A stretch of DNA of 32,298 nucleotides, from positions 13,263 through 45,560 of the forward strand of contig MFTJ01000009.1 in NCBI GenBank assembly GCA_001786805.1. Reading direction: 5' to 3'. The notes below the pieces were generated by a model. It did no database searches. It worked only from the letters and a program-made list of their open reading frames with translations, and was not told the DNA's origin. The DNA comes from Candidatus Nomurabacteria bacterium RIFCSPHIGHO2_01_FULL_39_10 (GTDB lineage: Bacteria > Patescibacteriota > Minisyncoccia > Phycocordibacterales > UBA9973). Shown here piece after piece: positions 23,709 to 32,212 of the stretch. Positions within the stretch are counted from its first letter, which is position 1, and every line of letters begins with the position of its first letter. Both the position numbers and the translations under genes were made by a program.

Positions 23709-25073
23709 TTACCCGAACCACACATTTTTTATGTTTACGAATTCTTTGATGCCGTAGGTGCCGAGTTCTCTGCCGTAGCCGGATTTTTTAATGCCGCCGA
23801 AAGGCGCGCGCGGGTCGGATTTGACCATGTCATTCACGCAGACATTTCCCGCTTCGATTTGTGGGATAATGCGTTTCGCTTTTATCATATCGGAAGTAAA
23901 AATAGATGCGCCGAGGCCATACCTTGTGTCATTTGCCATCTGTATTGCTTCTGACTCTGTTTTGAACGAAATTATTGGCATAACCGGACCAAAGACTTCT
24001 TCGTCATAAACTGGCATACCCTTTTTTACATTAGTCAAAACTGTGGGCAGATAGAAAAAACCTTTTTTTCCTTTCCGAGCGCCTCCATAGGCGACTTTGG
24101 CGCCGAGTGAGACCGATTTTTTTACTTGCATCGTGACTTCTTCTAGAATTTTTTCCGTAGCTAAAGGTCCGATATCTGTTTCTTTATTGCTAGGATCGCC
24201 AACGGATAATTTTGAAAATTCTTCTATAACAAGTTTTGTAAATTTGCTTTTTACAGATTCTTCCACAATAAATCTTTTTGCGGAAATACAGCTTTGTCCG
24301 ACATTACCCTGCATTCTAGCTAGGACAGCGACTCTTGCCGCCTCAGTAATGTCTGCATCGGCAAAAACAATAAATGGGTCGCTGCCACCCAATTCCAGCA
24401 CCACCTTTTTTATTTCTTCTCCGGAGACTCGCGCTACCGCAATGCCTGCTTTTTCACTGCCTGTCAGAGTGACCGCGGCTATTCTAGGGTCGCGAATTAA
24501 ACCTTCAACCCGCGACACAGAGAGAAATAAATTTTGAAAAATGCCTTTCGGAAAACCGGCGGCGATAAAAGATTTTTCAATCGCCTTCGCGCACTGCGGC
24601 ACATTTGAAGCGTGTTTCAAAATTCCGACATTTCCCGCCATAATGGCTGGCACGGCAAAACGATAAACTTGCCAAAACGGAAAGTTCCATGGCATAACAG
24701 CAAGCACTACTCCCAGCGGGTCAAATTCCGCATATTGCTCTTTTTTGTCTGTATTTAATATTTCATTAGCTAAAATATTTTCTGTATTATCTGCATAATA
24801 ATCACAAAGTAACGCGCACTTTGCGATGCCTATTGGACCGGACTTCATCGTTTTACCCATTTCCAGCATTTGCAATTTGGAAAATTCTTCGGCGTGAACG
24901 CGCAGATATTCTCCAAGCTTGAGCATCAAGACCGCCCGCTCTTTAAAAGAAGTTTTCTTCCACAACTTGAAAGCTTTGTCTGCAAGCGCGAGTTTCTTTT
25001 CCAGTTCTTTGTCTGAAATTTCTTCAAATGTTTTTAAAACTTCTTCTGTTGTTGGATTTTTTGATTGAATCAT
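23709..25073 (-). CDS. NAD(P)-dependent aldehyde dehydrogenase, succinate-semialdehyde dehydrogenase-like
   Basis: The 454-aa ALDH carries the catalytic blocks LELGGSDP and GQSCISAKR plus EEVFGPV. Confidence 0.8.
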   Translation of the reverse strand: MIQSKNPTTEEVLKTFEEISDKELEKKLALADKAFKLWKKTSFKERAVLMLKLGEYLRVHAEEFSKLQMLEMGKTMKSGPIGIAKCALLCDYYADNTENILANEILNTDKKEQYAEFDPLGVVLAVMPWNFPFWQVYRFAVPAIMAGNVGILKHASNVPQCAKAIEKSFIAAGFPKGIFQNLFLSVSRVEGLIRDPRIAAVTLTGSEKAGIAVARVSGEEIKKVVLELGGSDPFIVFADADITEAARVAVLARMQGNVGQSCISAKRFIVEESVKSKFTKLVIEEFSKLSVGDPSNKETDIGPLATEKILEEVTMQVKKSVSLGAKVAYGGARKGKKGFFYLPTVLTNVKKGMPVYDEEVFGPVMPIISFKTESEAIQMANDTRYGLGASIFTSDMIKAKRIIPQIEAGNVCVNDMVKSDPRAPFGGIKKSGYGRELGTYGIKEFVNIKNVWFG

Positions 25074-25091
25074 AAAATTAGTTTCTAGGGG

Positions 25092-26765
25092 CTAGTAGCT
25101 AGCTTCTAGGTTTTTAATAGAACCCAAAATCTTGTTAGCTTCTTGGTAATTTATTGGGCAAGCTATGATATGCACGCCTTTACTATTTAAGGCTTTTTTA
25201 AGAAGTGGCGCGAGGTCTTGTGCTTTATCTACTTTATGTCCAACAGCTCCGAAACTCTCTGCGAGCATTATAAAATCTGGATTGTTAAAAGAAAGTCCAA
25301 ATGAAGCCATGTTTAACTTTTTCTGTTTCCATGCAATCATCCCAAAACCGGAATCGTCTAAAATAAGCACTGTTAAGTTTACTTTTAGGCGCACGGCTGT
25401 TTCCAAGTCCGGAATACTCATCATAATTCCCCCGTCGCCGGCAACGACGAGAACCTTCTTTTTCAGATAAAGAATTTTTAGCGCGATACCGGAAGGAAGT
25501 CCGGCGCCCATGGTCGCGAGAGCATTGTCCAAAAGAAGCCCGTTGCGTTCTCTTGTGACAAAACTGCGGGTGATATATATCTTGTACATGCCGTTATCAA
25601 GCGCGAGTATGTCGCTTTTTGACAGAACTTTGCCTATGTCGGCGACAACTTTTTCCGGTCGAAGCGGAAAATCCGCTGATTGTCCAAACTTGAGAACATC
25701 TTTTTTGGAAGCTTCCCGAACTTTGTAAAAATAATTAAAGTCCCAAGATTCACTCTTTTTTATTTTTTCTGTAAGCGCAGAAAGAGAAATTTTAATATCT
25801 CCAATGATTTCGTGTGTCGGTATATATACATCTTTGGCGACAGAAGAAAAGAAATTGATGTGAATAACTTTACATTTCGGGAGACTCTCGGGAGTCAAGA
25901 TAATAGGCGGAGTATTGATTACATCGTGTCCAATTAAAATAATCGCATCTGCGTGTTTAAAAGCAAGATGCGCGAAATCCCCCTGCGCTATTCCCGTCCC
26001 GCCGATATAAAGCGGGGAATTTTCATCAAATCCACCCTTGCCCATTTGGGTTGAAACAAAGGGAATGCCGGTTTTTTGAAAAAAGGTCTTGAGTTCTTTT
26101 TGAATGGGTTGCCTGTTTGCGCCCGCGCCTAGGATAACTAGCGGGTGCTTTGCTTTTTCAATTTCTTTTACGGCTTCGGTTATTGATTCTGCGCTAGCGG
26201 TTTCAGGAATAATTTTTTTAATGGGAATAGGTTTCGCGTTGCAAACTTCACCTGCTATGTCTTCCGGAAGCTCCAGATGCGCCACGCCCGGACGCTCAGC
26301 CTCAGCTAGGCTCACAGCTTCGGAAAACATTTGCGGAACATCATCGCCATTTACCACAGATGCGGAGAATTTTGTGACTGGCTTCATCATTGATACGATA
26401 TCCACAATTTGGAACTTTCCCTGCTTACTTTTTCTGATGGGCTTTTGTCCGGTAATTACCAAAAGCGGGAAACCCCCAAGTTGCGCGTATGCAACGCCCG
26501 TCATTAAATTGGTCGCTCCAGGACCGAGAGTAGACAACGCCACGCCTACTTTGCCAGTAATTCTACCGAATGTTGCCGCCATAAACACCGCCGTCTGCTC
26601 ATGGCGAGTGGTTATAAAAGTGATTTTGGAATTCCTCTGTGATTTTCTTATGGCTTCCAAAAAATCCAAAGTTTCTTCGCCTGGCACGCCAAAAATATAC
26701 TTCACTCCGTGAGCTTCAAGGCATTCCACCAGCACTTCAGCTGTATTTTTCTGCGACTTTGACAT
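25092..26765 (-). CDS. thiamine-diphosphate-dependent acetolactate synthase-family enzyme (large subunit type)
   Basis: The 557-aa protein has the N-terminal pyrimidine-binding block GVKYIFGVPGEE and the ThDP motif GDGGIMMSIPDLETAV...LDDSGFGMI. No small-subunit gene is adjacent. Confidence 0.8.
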   Translation of the reverse strand: MSKSQKNTAEVLVECLEAHGVKYIFGVPGEETLDFLEAIRKSQRNSKITFITTRHEQTAVFMAATFGRITGKVGVALSTLGPGATNLMTGVAYAQLGGFPLLVITGQKPIRKSKQGKFQIVDIVSMMKPVTKFSASVVNGDDVPQMFSEAVSLAEAERPGVAHLELPEDIAGEVCNAKPIPIKKIIPETASAESITEAVKEIEKAKHPLVILGAGANRQPIQKELKTFFQKTGIPFVSTQMGKGGFDENSPLYIGGTGIAQGDFAHLAFKHADAIILIGHDVINTPPIILTPESLPKCKVIHINFFSSVAKDVYIPTHEIIGDIKISLSALTEKIKKSESWDFNYFYKVREASKKDVLKFGQSADFPLRPEKVVADIGKVLSKSDILALDNGMYKIYITRSFVTRERNGLLLDNALATMGAGLPSGIALKILYLKKKVLVVAGDGGIMMSIPDLETAVRLKVNLTVLILDDSGFGMIAWKQKKLNMASFGLSFNNPDFIMLAESFGAVGHKVDKAQDLAPLLKKALNSKGVHIIACPINYQEANKILGSIKNLEASY

Positions 26766-26781
26766 AATGACTTATTGATTT

Positions 26782-27075
26782 TTAATCATAATAATCGGGA
26801 AATTTATGCAAAGCTCTAGTAGCTTTGCTATCCCTGTTGTAATGTTTAAATTCTTCTATATTCTCAAAAAGAATTAAATTCCCACTCGGTGTTCCATCAT
26901 TTAAAAAAACTTTAACGAATTCCGGCTTTCCGTTTTTATCTTCTCCCCATTCAACACGCGCCTCGCCTTTTTCAACCATATCAGCAATGGTATATTCTCT
27001 TTTTAAGAAATTTTCCTTGTAAACTTCCCATTTTTTGTCTTTTGCGGGTTCAATCCCCCTTTGTTCTGTAGACAT
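26782..27075 (-). CDS. hypothetical soluble protein (97 aa)
   Basis: The ORF is clean and co-directional between tRNA-Trp and the ALS-family gene. I recognise no motif. Confidence 0.45.
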   Translation of the reverse strand: MSTEQRGIEPAKDKKWEVYKENFLKREYTIADMVEKGEARVEWGEDKNGKPEFVKVFLNDGTPSGNLILFENIEEFKHYNRDSKATRALHKFPDYYD

Positions 27076-27113
27076 ATGTTTATATTAGCACATTGTTAAA
27101 AATTTCTTGAGGG

Positions 27114-27184
27114 CGGGCCCACGAGGGCTCGAACCTCGGTCTTTCCTTTTGGAGAGGAAAATTCTACCACTGAACTATGGACCC
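27114..27184 (-). tRNA. tRNA-Trp (anticodon CCA)
   Basis: The reverse complement is GGGTCCA-TA-GTTC..GAAT-T-TTCCT-CTCCAAA-AGGAA-AGAC-CGAGG-TTCGAGC-CCTCG-TGGGCCC-G, 71 nt in total. It lies downstream of rpmG, as in many bacteria. Confidence 0.9.
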
Positions 27185-27192
27185 TTGGCTTA

Positions 27193-27221
27193 TTTATACC
27201 TTTTCATAAGGCTTTTTGCAA
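27193..27221 (-). promoter_or_regulatory. sigma70-type promoter for tRNA-Trp
   Basis: The minus strand reads TTGCAA - 17 nt - TATAAA, with the tRNA 5' end 8 nt downstream. The architecture matches the tRNA-Leu promoter. Confidence 0.55.
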
Positions 27222-27269
27222 TAAAAAGAGTTGCCCCCACAACAATTGTTCAGATTGTCGTGGGGGCAA
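27222..27269 (-). terminator. rho-independent terminator downstream of rpmG
   Basis: The minus strand reads TTGCCCCCACGACAATCTGAACAATTGTTGTGGGGGCAA followed by CTCTTTTTAT. The stem is GC-rich, about 14-16 bp with one mismatch, and is followed by a T-tract. Confidence 0.65.
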
Positions 27270-27409
27270 GTGTTCATCTTCCTCCTCTTCTTTTTCCTCC
27301 CACAAAACTGATAACCACTCGTGTAGGAGGACTAATACAATGACCACCGAAAGAACAACAATAATTTTCATATCGTTTTTATTTTAACACGTATTATGTT
27401 TAGATTTTC

Positions 27410-27568
27410 CTACTTCTTCGCCTCTTTATGCTTAGTTTGCTTTCGGCACCAGTTGCAATACTTTTTGAGCTCTATCTTTTTTGTGACGAGTTTCTTGTTT
27501 TTGCTGGACCAATAATTCACCCGTTTGCAGATGGCGCAGGCAAGTTTTATAAGTCTATCTTGTGACAT
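27410..27568 (-). CDS. rpmG: 50S ribosomal protein L33 (52 aa)
   Basis: It falls below the ORF-track size cutoff. Manual translation gives MSQDRLIKLACAICKRVNYWSSKNKKLVTKKIELKKYCNWCRKQTKHKEAKK, with two CxxC pairs and a basic composition. The rpmG/tRNA-Trp synteny supports the call. Confidence 0.85.
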   Translation of the reverse strand: MSQDRLIKLACAICKRVNYWSSKNKKLVTKKIELKKYCNWCRKQTKHKEAKK

Positions 27569-27611
27569 ATTTAAATACTAGTATAAAAAACATAAAAAAG
27601 CAACCCTAATG

Positions 27612-27650
27612 CACCTCACCCCGACCCTCTCCTTATTAAGGAGAGGGGGA
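27612..27650. repeat. family-A GC-rich hairpin repeat (intergenic, just downstream of alr)
   Basis: CACCTCACCCCGACCCTCTCCTTATTAAGGAGAGGGGGA has 11-bp perfect arms. It starts 6 nt after the alr stop on the minus strand. Confidence 0.85.
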
Positions 27651-27655
27651 AATTC

Positions 27656-28813
27656 TTACACAACAACCCTCGGCAATAGCGAACTTATCCGCGTGACAAT
27701 CTCATAGTTGATGGTATTGAGCTTTCTTGCGATTTCTTCGGCAGTAATTTGTTTTCTATGCTGTGTTCCGATAATGACGACTTCGTCTTCAGCCTTGACG
27801 TTTGATAAATGAGACACGTCAGCCGTAAACTTATTCATTGATACCCTGCCGATAATCTTGCATCTAGTTCCTCCAATCAGGACCTGACCCCTATTGGAAA
27901 GTCCGCGGTCTATCCCATCCGCGTATCCCTGCGGAATCACGGCAACCTTCATCCTTTTTTTAGTAACGTATGTGAGCCCATAACCCACAGTAAAACCTTT
28001 TGGTAAAATTTTTACTTGCGCAACTCTTGTTTTCCAAGCCAATACGGGCTTTAGTTTAAATTGAGAATCTTTGTAAATAAATTTTAGATGTTTAGAAGGC
28101 CACAGACCGTATATACCGATGCCGAGACGTACCAGCGGATTAATGCCCTTTTTTTTCATGCCCACTGGCAGGCAATTTTCATAAGCCAAAATTCCCGAAG
28201 TGGCGGAAATGTGCGTTTGTAATTTTTTAAAACCGAGAGCGGCAGCCAGTTTCAGAGCCTTGTTGTATTCCCTGATTTGCTTGCGCGCGTGGATAAAATT
28301 CGAGATGTCTTCCATATTTGCAAAATGGGCGTAAATTCCCGTGGCTTTTATATATCTACACCTTCTGACTTCTTTTAAAAACCCGCCTAAATCACCAAGC
28401 AAAAAACCTTCCCGTCCCAGATAAGCGTCTACTGGTATATGTATCTCTTGTTTTATTTTTAATTCTTTAGATATTGCGTTCACTTCCTTCAACTCTTTGA
28501 TTGAGAAAATAGACAAAATACAGCCGAGTTTTATTGCCTGGGGCAAGTCTGCCAGCTGGACGTATCCCAGAACCAAAGTTTTCTTTTTACTGACTTGTCT
28601 TAAGGACTCCAGTTCTTCCAAGTCATCAACCTGAAAATAATCCATATAAGGTTCAAGAATTTTAGCGACTTCATTCTGTCCATGTCCGTAAGCGTTGCCC
28701 TTTATCGCTACTGAAAATTTCGTGCCGATATTTGCAAGATTTTTAAACTGTTTTGTGTTGTAAATTAAATTCGCCGCTGATAACTCAACGAAGGAAAGAG
28801 GCTTTTTATTCAT
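27656..28813 (-). CDS. alr: alanine racemase
   Basis: PLP-lysine motif AIKGNAYGHG near the N-terminus, 385 aa in length, located immediately downstream of ddl. Confidence 0.88.
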   Translation of the reverse strand: MNKKPLSFVELSAANLIYNTKQFKNLANIGTKFSVAIKGNAYGHGQNEVAKILEPYMDYFQVDDLEELESLRQVSKKKTLVLGYVQLADLPQAIKLGCILSIFSIKELKEVNAISKELKIKQEIHIPVDAYLGREGFLLGDLGGFLKEVRRCRYIKATGIYAHFANMEDISNFIHARKQIREYNKALKLAAALGFKKLQTHISATSGILAYENCLPVGMKKKGINPLVRLGIGIYGLWPSKHLKFIYKDSQFKLKPVLAWKTRVAQVKILPKGFTVGYGLTYVTKKRMKVAVIPQGYADGIDRGLSNRGQVLIGGTRCKIIGRVSMNKFTADVSHLSNVKAEDEVVIIGTQHRKQITAEEIARKLNTINYEIVTRISSLLPRVVV

Positions 28814-28816
28814 CGT

Positions 28817-31234
28817 TCAGTATCCTTTATTTTTAATCAGCAATTCTAAAAACTTCGTTGGAAATAAAGGGTGTGGTTCCGCTAATGCCTGATGGAAAAT
28901 GACTGTTGAGGGTGTAAGTCCGGGAAGAGTGTTTATTTCAATAACTTTAATGCTGCCGGTTTTGACGTGAGCGAAGATGTCAATTCTGGCGTATCCGCTA
29001 ATTCCAACTTTTTTCGCAACCGTTTCAACTAAACTTTTCACACGTTGAAGATTTTTTTTAGAAATAATTTCGCTCGGAGGCGGAGTAATGTTTACACCCG
29101 TGCCTCCCTGAAATTTCTCTTCCACGCTCAAGATGGTCATTTCTGCAACAGTAATGGAGGGAGAAAGGGCCTTTATGCGTCCATTTTCTTCTACAACACC
29201 AACAGTCATTTCCACATATCCGCTTTTCGGAGTATAGGAAATATTTCCTTCTCTGGCTTTTAATTTATCTGTTTCTATAAATGACTCAAAAATAATGTCC
29301 TGCAGGCGCCCTTCAGGCATATCAATAGCGTTTATCTGGGCTGTAAAAGTGTGGGGCTCGGCTGTGAGAATTCTATTTTTAATCAAAGAAATATAGGTGG
29401 ATAAATCTTTTTTATTAAAAAGTCTCACCACTCCCGCAGAACATCCGTCGCCCCGGGGTTTGGCGATGATTGTTTTTGTGCTGAGTCTTTCCCTTAACAT
29501 TCTCCAATGGGCATCTGTCAGGTCGTTATCTATATTTTGGGGAACATCTTTTATTTTAAACAAAACATGCTGGGCCACGCTCACCCCCTTTATCTTAGCT
29601 TTTGCTATTTCTTCATTAGTTTCCCATTTATCCATACATAATTTAGAAGTGATGCTGCACGACCCGTTGAATTTTATTTTTCTTTCTTCCAATATTTTTT
29701 GCAAAGTTCCGTTTTCGCCTATTCCGCCATGTAAAGCTAAAAAAATAAAAGGGTATTTTTGTAAGATCTGGCTGAAAGAATGTTTTTTGGGGATAAAAAA
29801 ATTTTCGGTTGTGTCATTATTACTCAAACGCAGTTTTATTCTTGTCTTTTCTATTAGGAAAAAAAGCCTTGCTATATCTTTTTGGGCATTCCGGGCGTTT
29901 TCCACTATCTCTTCTACTGTGTGATTAAGAGTATATGTATAGGGAAGCTCCCAAACGACTCCTTTTTTGTCCAGCAAATAAGGAAAAGGCTTGTAAATCT
30001 TTGAGCCCCGCAATTTAAGCCAAACATTTGTGCCGCTCATAAGCGAAACTTGTTTCTCGGCCGTTTGTCCACCAAAAAGCACCGCCACCGGCTTGCGTTT
30101 TAGGTCAATATCTTTACTGATAAAAACATTTTCAACTAAGCTGGATATGCCGCGGTTTCTGCAGGCATTATTGATAATATAGCGAAAAAAATCTTGGTGG
30201 GAAAAACCAATTCTGGAACTTTGTTGAAACAAAAAACTATTTTGCTCCATGCCAGAAATCGGATTAAAATCCGAAAACCAGATATTTCCGTCAGGCAGTA
30301 AAAAACCGTCAAAACGCGCAAAATCCCGCATTCCGAAGATGGAAAACAACTGTTCCGCTTCTATCTGAATTTTTTCAATGATTTGGTTGCTGAATCTGGG
30401 AGGACAGTAATAAGACACTTGGCGGGTGGGTAAATATTTCTTGCGAAAATCGAAAAATTGATTTTTACTGTACTCCACCTCTATCTCTGTAGGCAGTATC
30501 GCAACTGGAATATTTAGCTTGTTTGCGAGCATAATGACAGTAAATTCCTGGCCTTCCATGAAAGGTTCAATCACTATGCGAGTGTCTATGCGCCGGCTGA
30601 AAAGATTTTTCACGCTTTTTACTGCGCCTTCTATGCTGTTTACAGAAAATACGCCAATGCTAGAACCTCCTGAGGCCGGCTTCACGATCGCGCGGGTGAT
30701 AGACTCATTTTTCCAGAATTCTTTTACTTTACGAATAACTTCCTTGTTTGTATCCGTAATTTTGACAACAATGGAATTAGGCGTATAGAACCCCAGCTTG
30801 CGGATATGGACGTTCGCTTTACATTTGTCAAAAGCCATCTTGCATGATTTTGCGGAAGAACCGATAAAAGGAATTTTATTTTTCTCCAGAAAACTTTGTA
30901 TTTCTCCATCCTCGCCGAAACTGCCGTGGATGCAGGGAAAAACTATTGTGACCTTTTTTAAAATAGCCGCCAACTTGGAATTAGAAAGTTCTTTGGCGGA
31001 TTTATTCAATTTAAAATCAAAATCGCTTGGAGTGTTTGAATAAAGCTGCGCAGTTGATATTTTGTAAGGTTTTTTCTTTTCGTTAAAATAAATAGGAATA
31101 ATATCCACGCCCTGACTGCCCAAATGGTCAAGCACACTGCGAGCGGAATTCAAGGATATTCCTCGCTCAAGCGATGGTCCGCCGCAAAGTATCGCCACAC
31201 TAATTTTTTTCTTTAGTTCGTTTTTTTTACGCAT
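28817..31234 (-). CDS. ddl: tandem (double) D-alanine--D-alanine ligase-family ATP-grasp protein
   Basis: There are two complete Ddl-like modules. Module 1 has ISVAILCGGPSLERGISLNSA, HGSFGEDGEIQSFLE and SDFNPISGM. Module 2 has VAVLFGGQTAEKQVSLMSG, HGGIGENGTLQKILE and VIEINTLPGLT. The start is set at ATG 31234 (MRKKNELKKK). The track ORF extends to 31327 through an implausible leader. Confidence 0.85.
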   Translation of the reverse strand: MRKKNELKKKISVAILCGGPSLERGISLNSARSVLDHLGSQGVDIIPIYFNEKKKPYKISTAQLYSNTPSDFDFKLNKSAKELSNSKLAAILKKVTIVFPCIHGSFGEDGEIQSFLEKNKIPFIGSSAKSCKMAFDKCKANVHIRKLGFYTPNSIVVKITDTNKEVIRKVKEFWKNESITRAIVKPASGGSSIGVFSVNSIEGAVKSVKNLFSRRIDTRIVIEPFMEGQEFTVIMLANKLNIPVAILPTEIEVEYSKNQFFDFRKKYLPTRQVSYYCPPRFSNQIIEKIQIEAEQLFSIFGMRDFARFDGFLLPDGNIWFSDFNPISGMEQNSFLFQQSSRIGFSHQDFFRYIINNACRNRGISSLVENVFISKDIDLKRKPVAVLFGGQTAEKQVSLMSGTNVWLKLRGSKIYKPFPYLLDKKGVVWELPYTYTLNHTVEEIVENARNAQKDIARLFFLIEKTRIKLRLSNNDTTENFFIPKKHSFSQILQKYPFIFLALHGGIGENGTLQKILEERKIKFNGSCSITSKLCMDKWETNEEIAKAKIKGVSVAQHVLFKIKDVPQNIDNDLTDAHWRMLRERLSTKTIIAKPRGDGCSAGVVRLFNKKDLSTYISLIKNRILTAEPHTFTAQINAIDMPEGRLQDIIFESFIETDKLKAREGNISYTPKSGYVEMTVGVVEENGRIKALSPSITVAEMTILSVEEKFQGGTGVNITPPPSEIISKKNLQRVKSLVETVAKKVGISGYARIDIFAHVKTGSIKVIEINTLPGLTPSTVIFHQALAEPHPLFPTKFLELLIKNKGY

Positions 31235-31331
31235 TTTTACAAAAAATAGTTTTCTAATTACCCTTAATATATAAGAATAGAAAGAAAAAGTCCAAGAAAA
31301 CTGTGGATAACTTGGCTCTCTTTGCAAAAAT

Positions 31332-32084
31332 TTATTTAGATTCTAGTACTGCGCTTTTTAGATTTTTTTGAATGTTTGTCAGGTTTTTGTAGCCATTTTG
31401 GGTGATTAAGACCATATCTTCTATACGCACTCCGCCAAAGCCCTTGAAATAAAGCCCGGGTTCTACAGTCATCACACACCCTGCTGGTAGAATATCGGGG
31501 CTTTTTGGCTTGAAATTCGGCCATTCGTGGATAACTGTGCCGACTCCGTGACCGAGTCCGTGCTTGAAATTATTTTTATATTTTTTCGCCAAAAATTTTC
31601 TGGCCGCGTTGTCTATTATTTTTGCTCGCTTTTCCCCTTTGCTAATTTTATTCATAGCCAAATTCATTGCCTGTAAAACACTCTTATATATTTTCTTTTG
31701 CTTTTTACTAGGCTCGCCCCAGAAAAAAGTGCGTGTCATATCCGAACAATAGTGGTTTACCGTGCATCCGAAATCAAACATGATGGTATCCGCCCCGCCA
31801 CGGCGGGTAAATTTTTTCAATCTTGTTTTGCCGGGTTCGTGATGGATGTTCGCGGTATTTTTACCGAAAGCAACGATGGGTGAAAAAGACAAAATAGGCG
31901 CGCCGTATTTTATGAATCTTTTTGTTATAAACTCTGCGATAGCAAATTCTGTAACATTTGTTTTTAGTTGTTTCAGCACATCCTGCAATACCCTCTCGCT
32001 TATTCTTTGCGCCTTGATTATATTCGCGAGTTCTTTCTTGCCCTTCACCGCCCGCACTTCATGGATTAGTTTTATCTGTTGCAT
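31332..32084 (-). CDS. M24-family metallopeptidase (Xaa-Pro peptidase-like catalytic domain only)
   Basis: Metal-ligand blocks DFGCTVNHYCSDMTRTF, HGLGHGVGTVIHEWP and EPGLY...GGVRIED. At 250 aa, it has no N-terminal creatinase-like domain. Confidence 0.8.
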   Translation of the reverse strand: MQQIKLIHEVRAVKGKKELANIIKAQRISERVLQDVLKQLKTNVTEFAIAEFITKRFIKYGAPILSFSPIVAFGKNTANIHHEPGKTRLKKFTRRGGADTIMFDFGCTVNHYCSDMTRTFFWGEPSKKQKKIYKSVLQAMNLAMNKISKGEKRAKIIDNAARKFLAKKYKNNFKHGLGHGVGTVIHEWPNFKPKSPDILPAGCVMTVEPGLYFKGFGGVRIEDMVLITQNGYKNLTNIQKNLKSAVLESK

Positions 32085-32100
32085 ACGAAAAAGTAGTTAA

Positions 32101-32212
32101 TTAAAACAATTTCACCACATCATGAAATGTAACGACAACCATCAGTAATATCAAAATGCTAAAACCGATCATATTGACGGTATTAGCAAATTTTGGGTTC
32201 AGACGCGAGCCT
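32101..32212 (-). other. 3' fragment of an ORF ending in a transmembrane helix, truncated upstream by the fold-back
   Basis: The minus-strand frame reads ...GSRLNPKFANTVNMIGFSILILLMVVVTFHDVVKLF*, with the stop at 32103-32101. Upstream the frame runs into the inverted copy and hits stops. Confidence 0.4.

Noticed and set aside
27107-27343. 78-aa plus-strand ORF
   Set aside because: It overlaps tRNA-Trp, its promoter and the rpmG terminator hairpin on the opposite strand.
27204-27371. 55-aa minus-strand ORF (MKIIVVLSVVIVLVLLHEWL...) between rpmG and tRNA-Trp, considered as a possible small membrane protein or SecE substitute
   Set aside because: Its second half is the terminator hairpin plus the tRNA promoter. 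The TM segment is N-terminal, unlike SecE, and I saw no RBS. I cannot support it as a gene.
31235-31327. N-terminal 31-aa extension of the ddl track ORF (MQREPSYPQFSWTFSFYSYILRVIRKLFFVK)
   Set aside because: Its composition is implausible and it would leave no space after the M24 gene stop. The ATG at 31234 starts 10 residues upstream of the conserved Ddl N-terminal block (ISVAILCGG).
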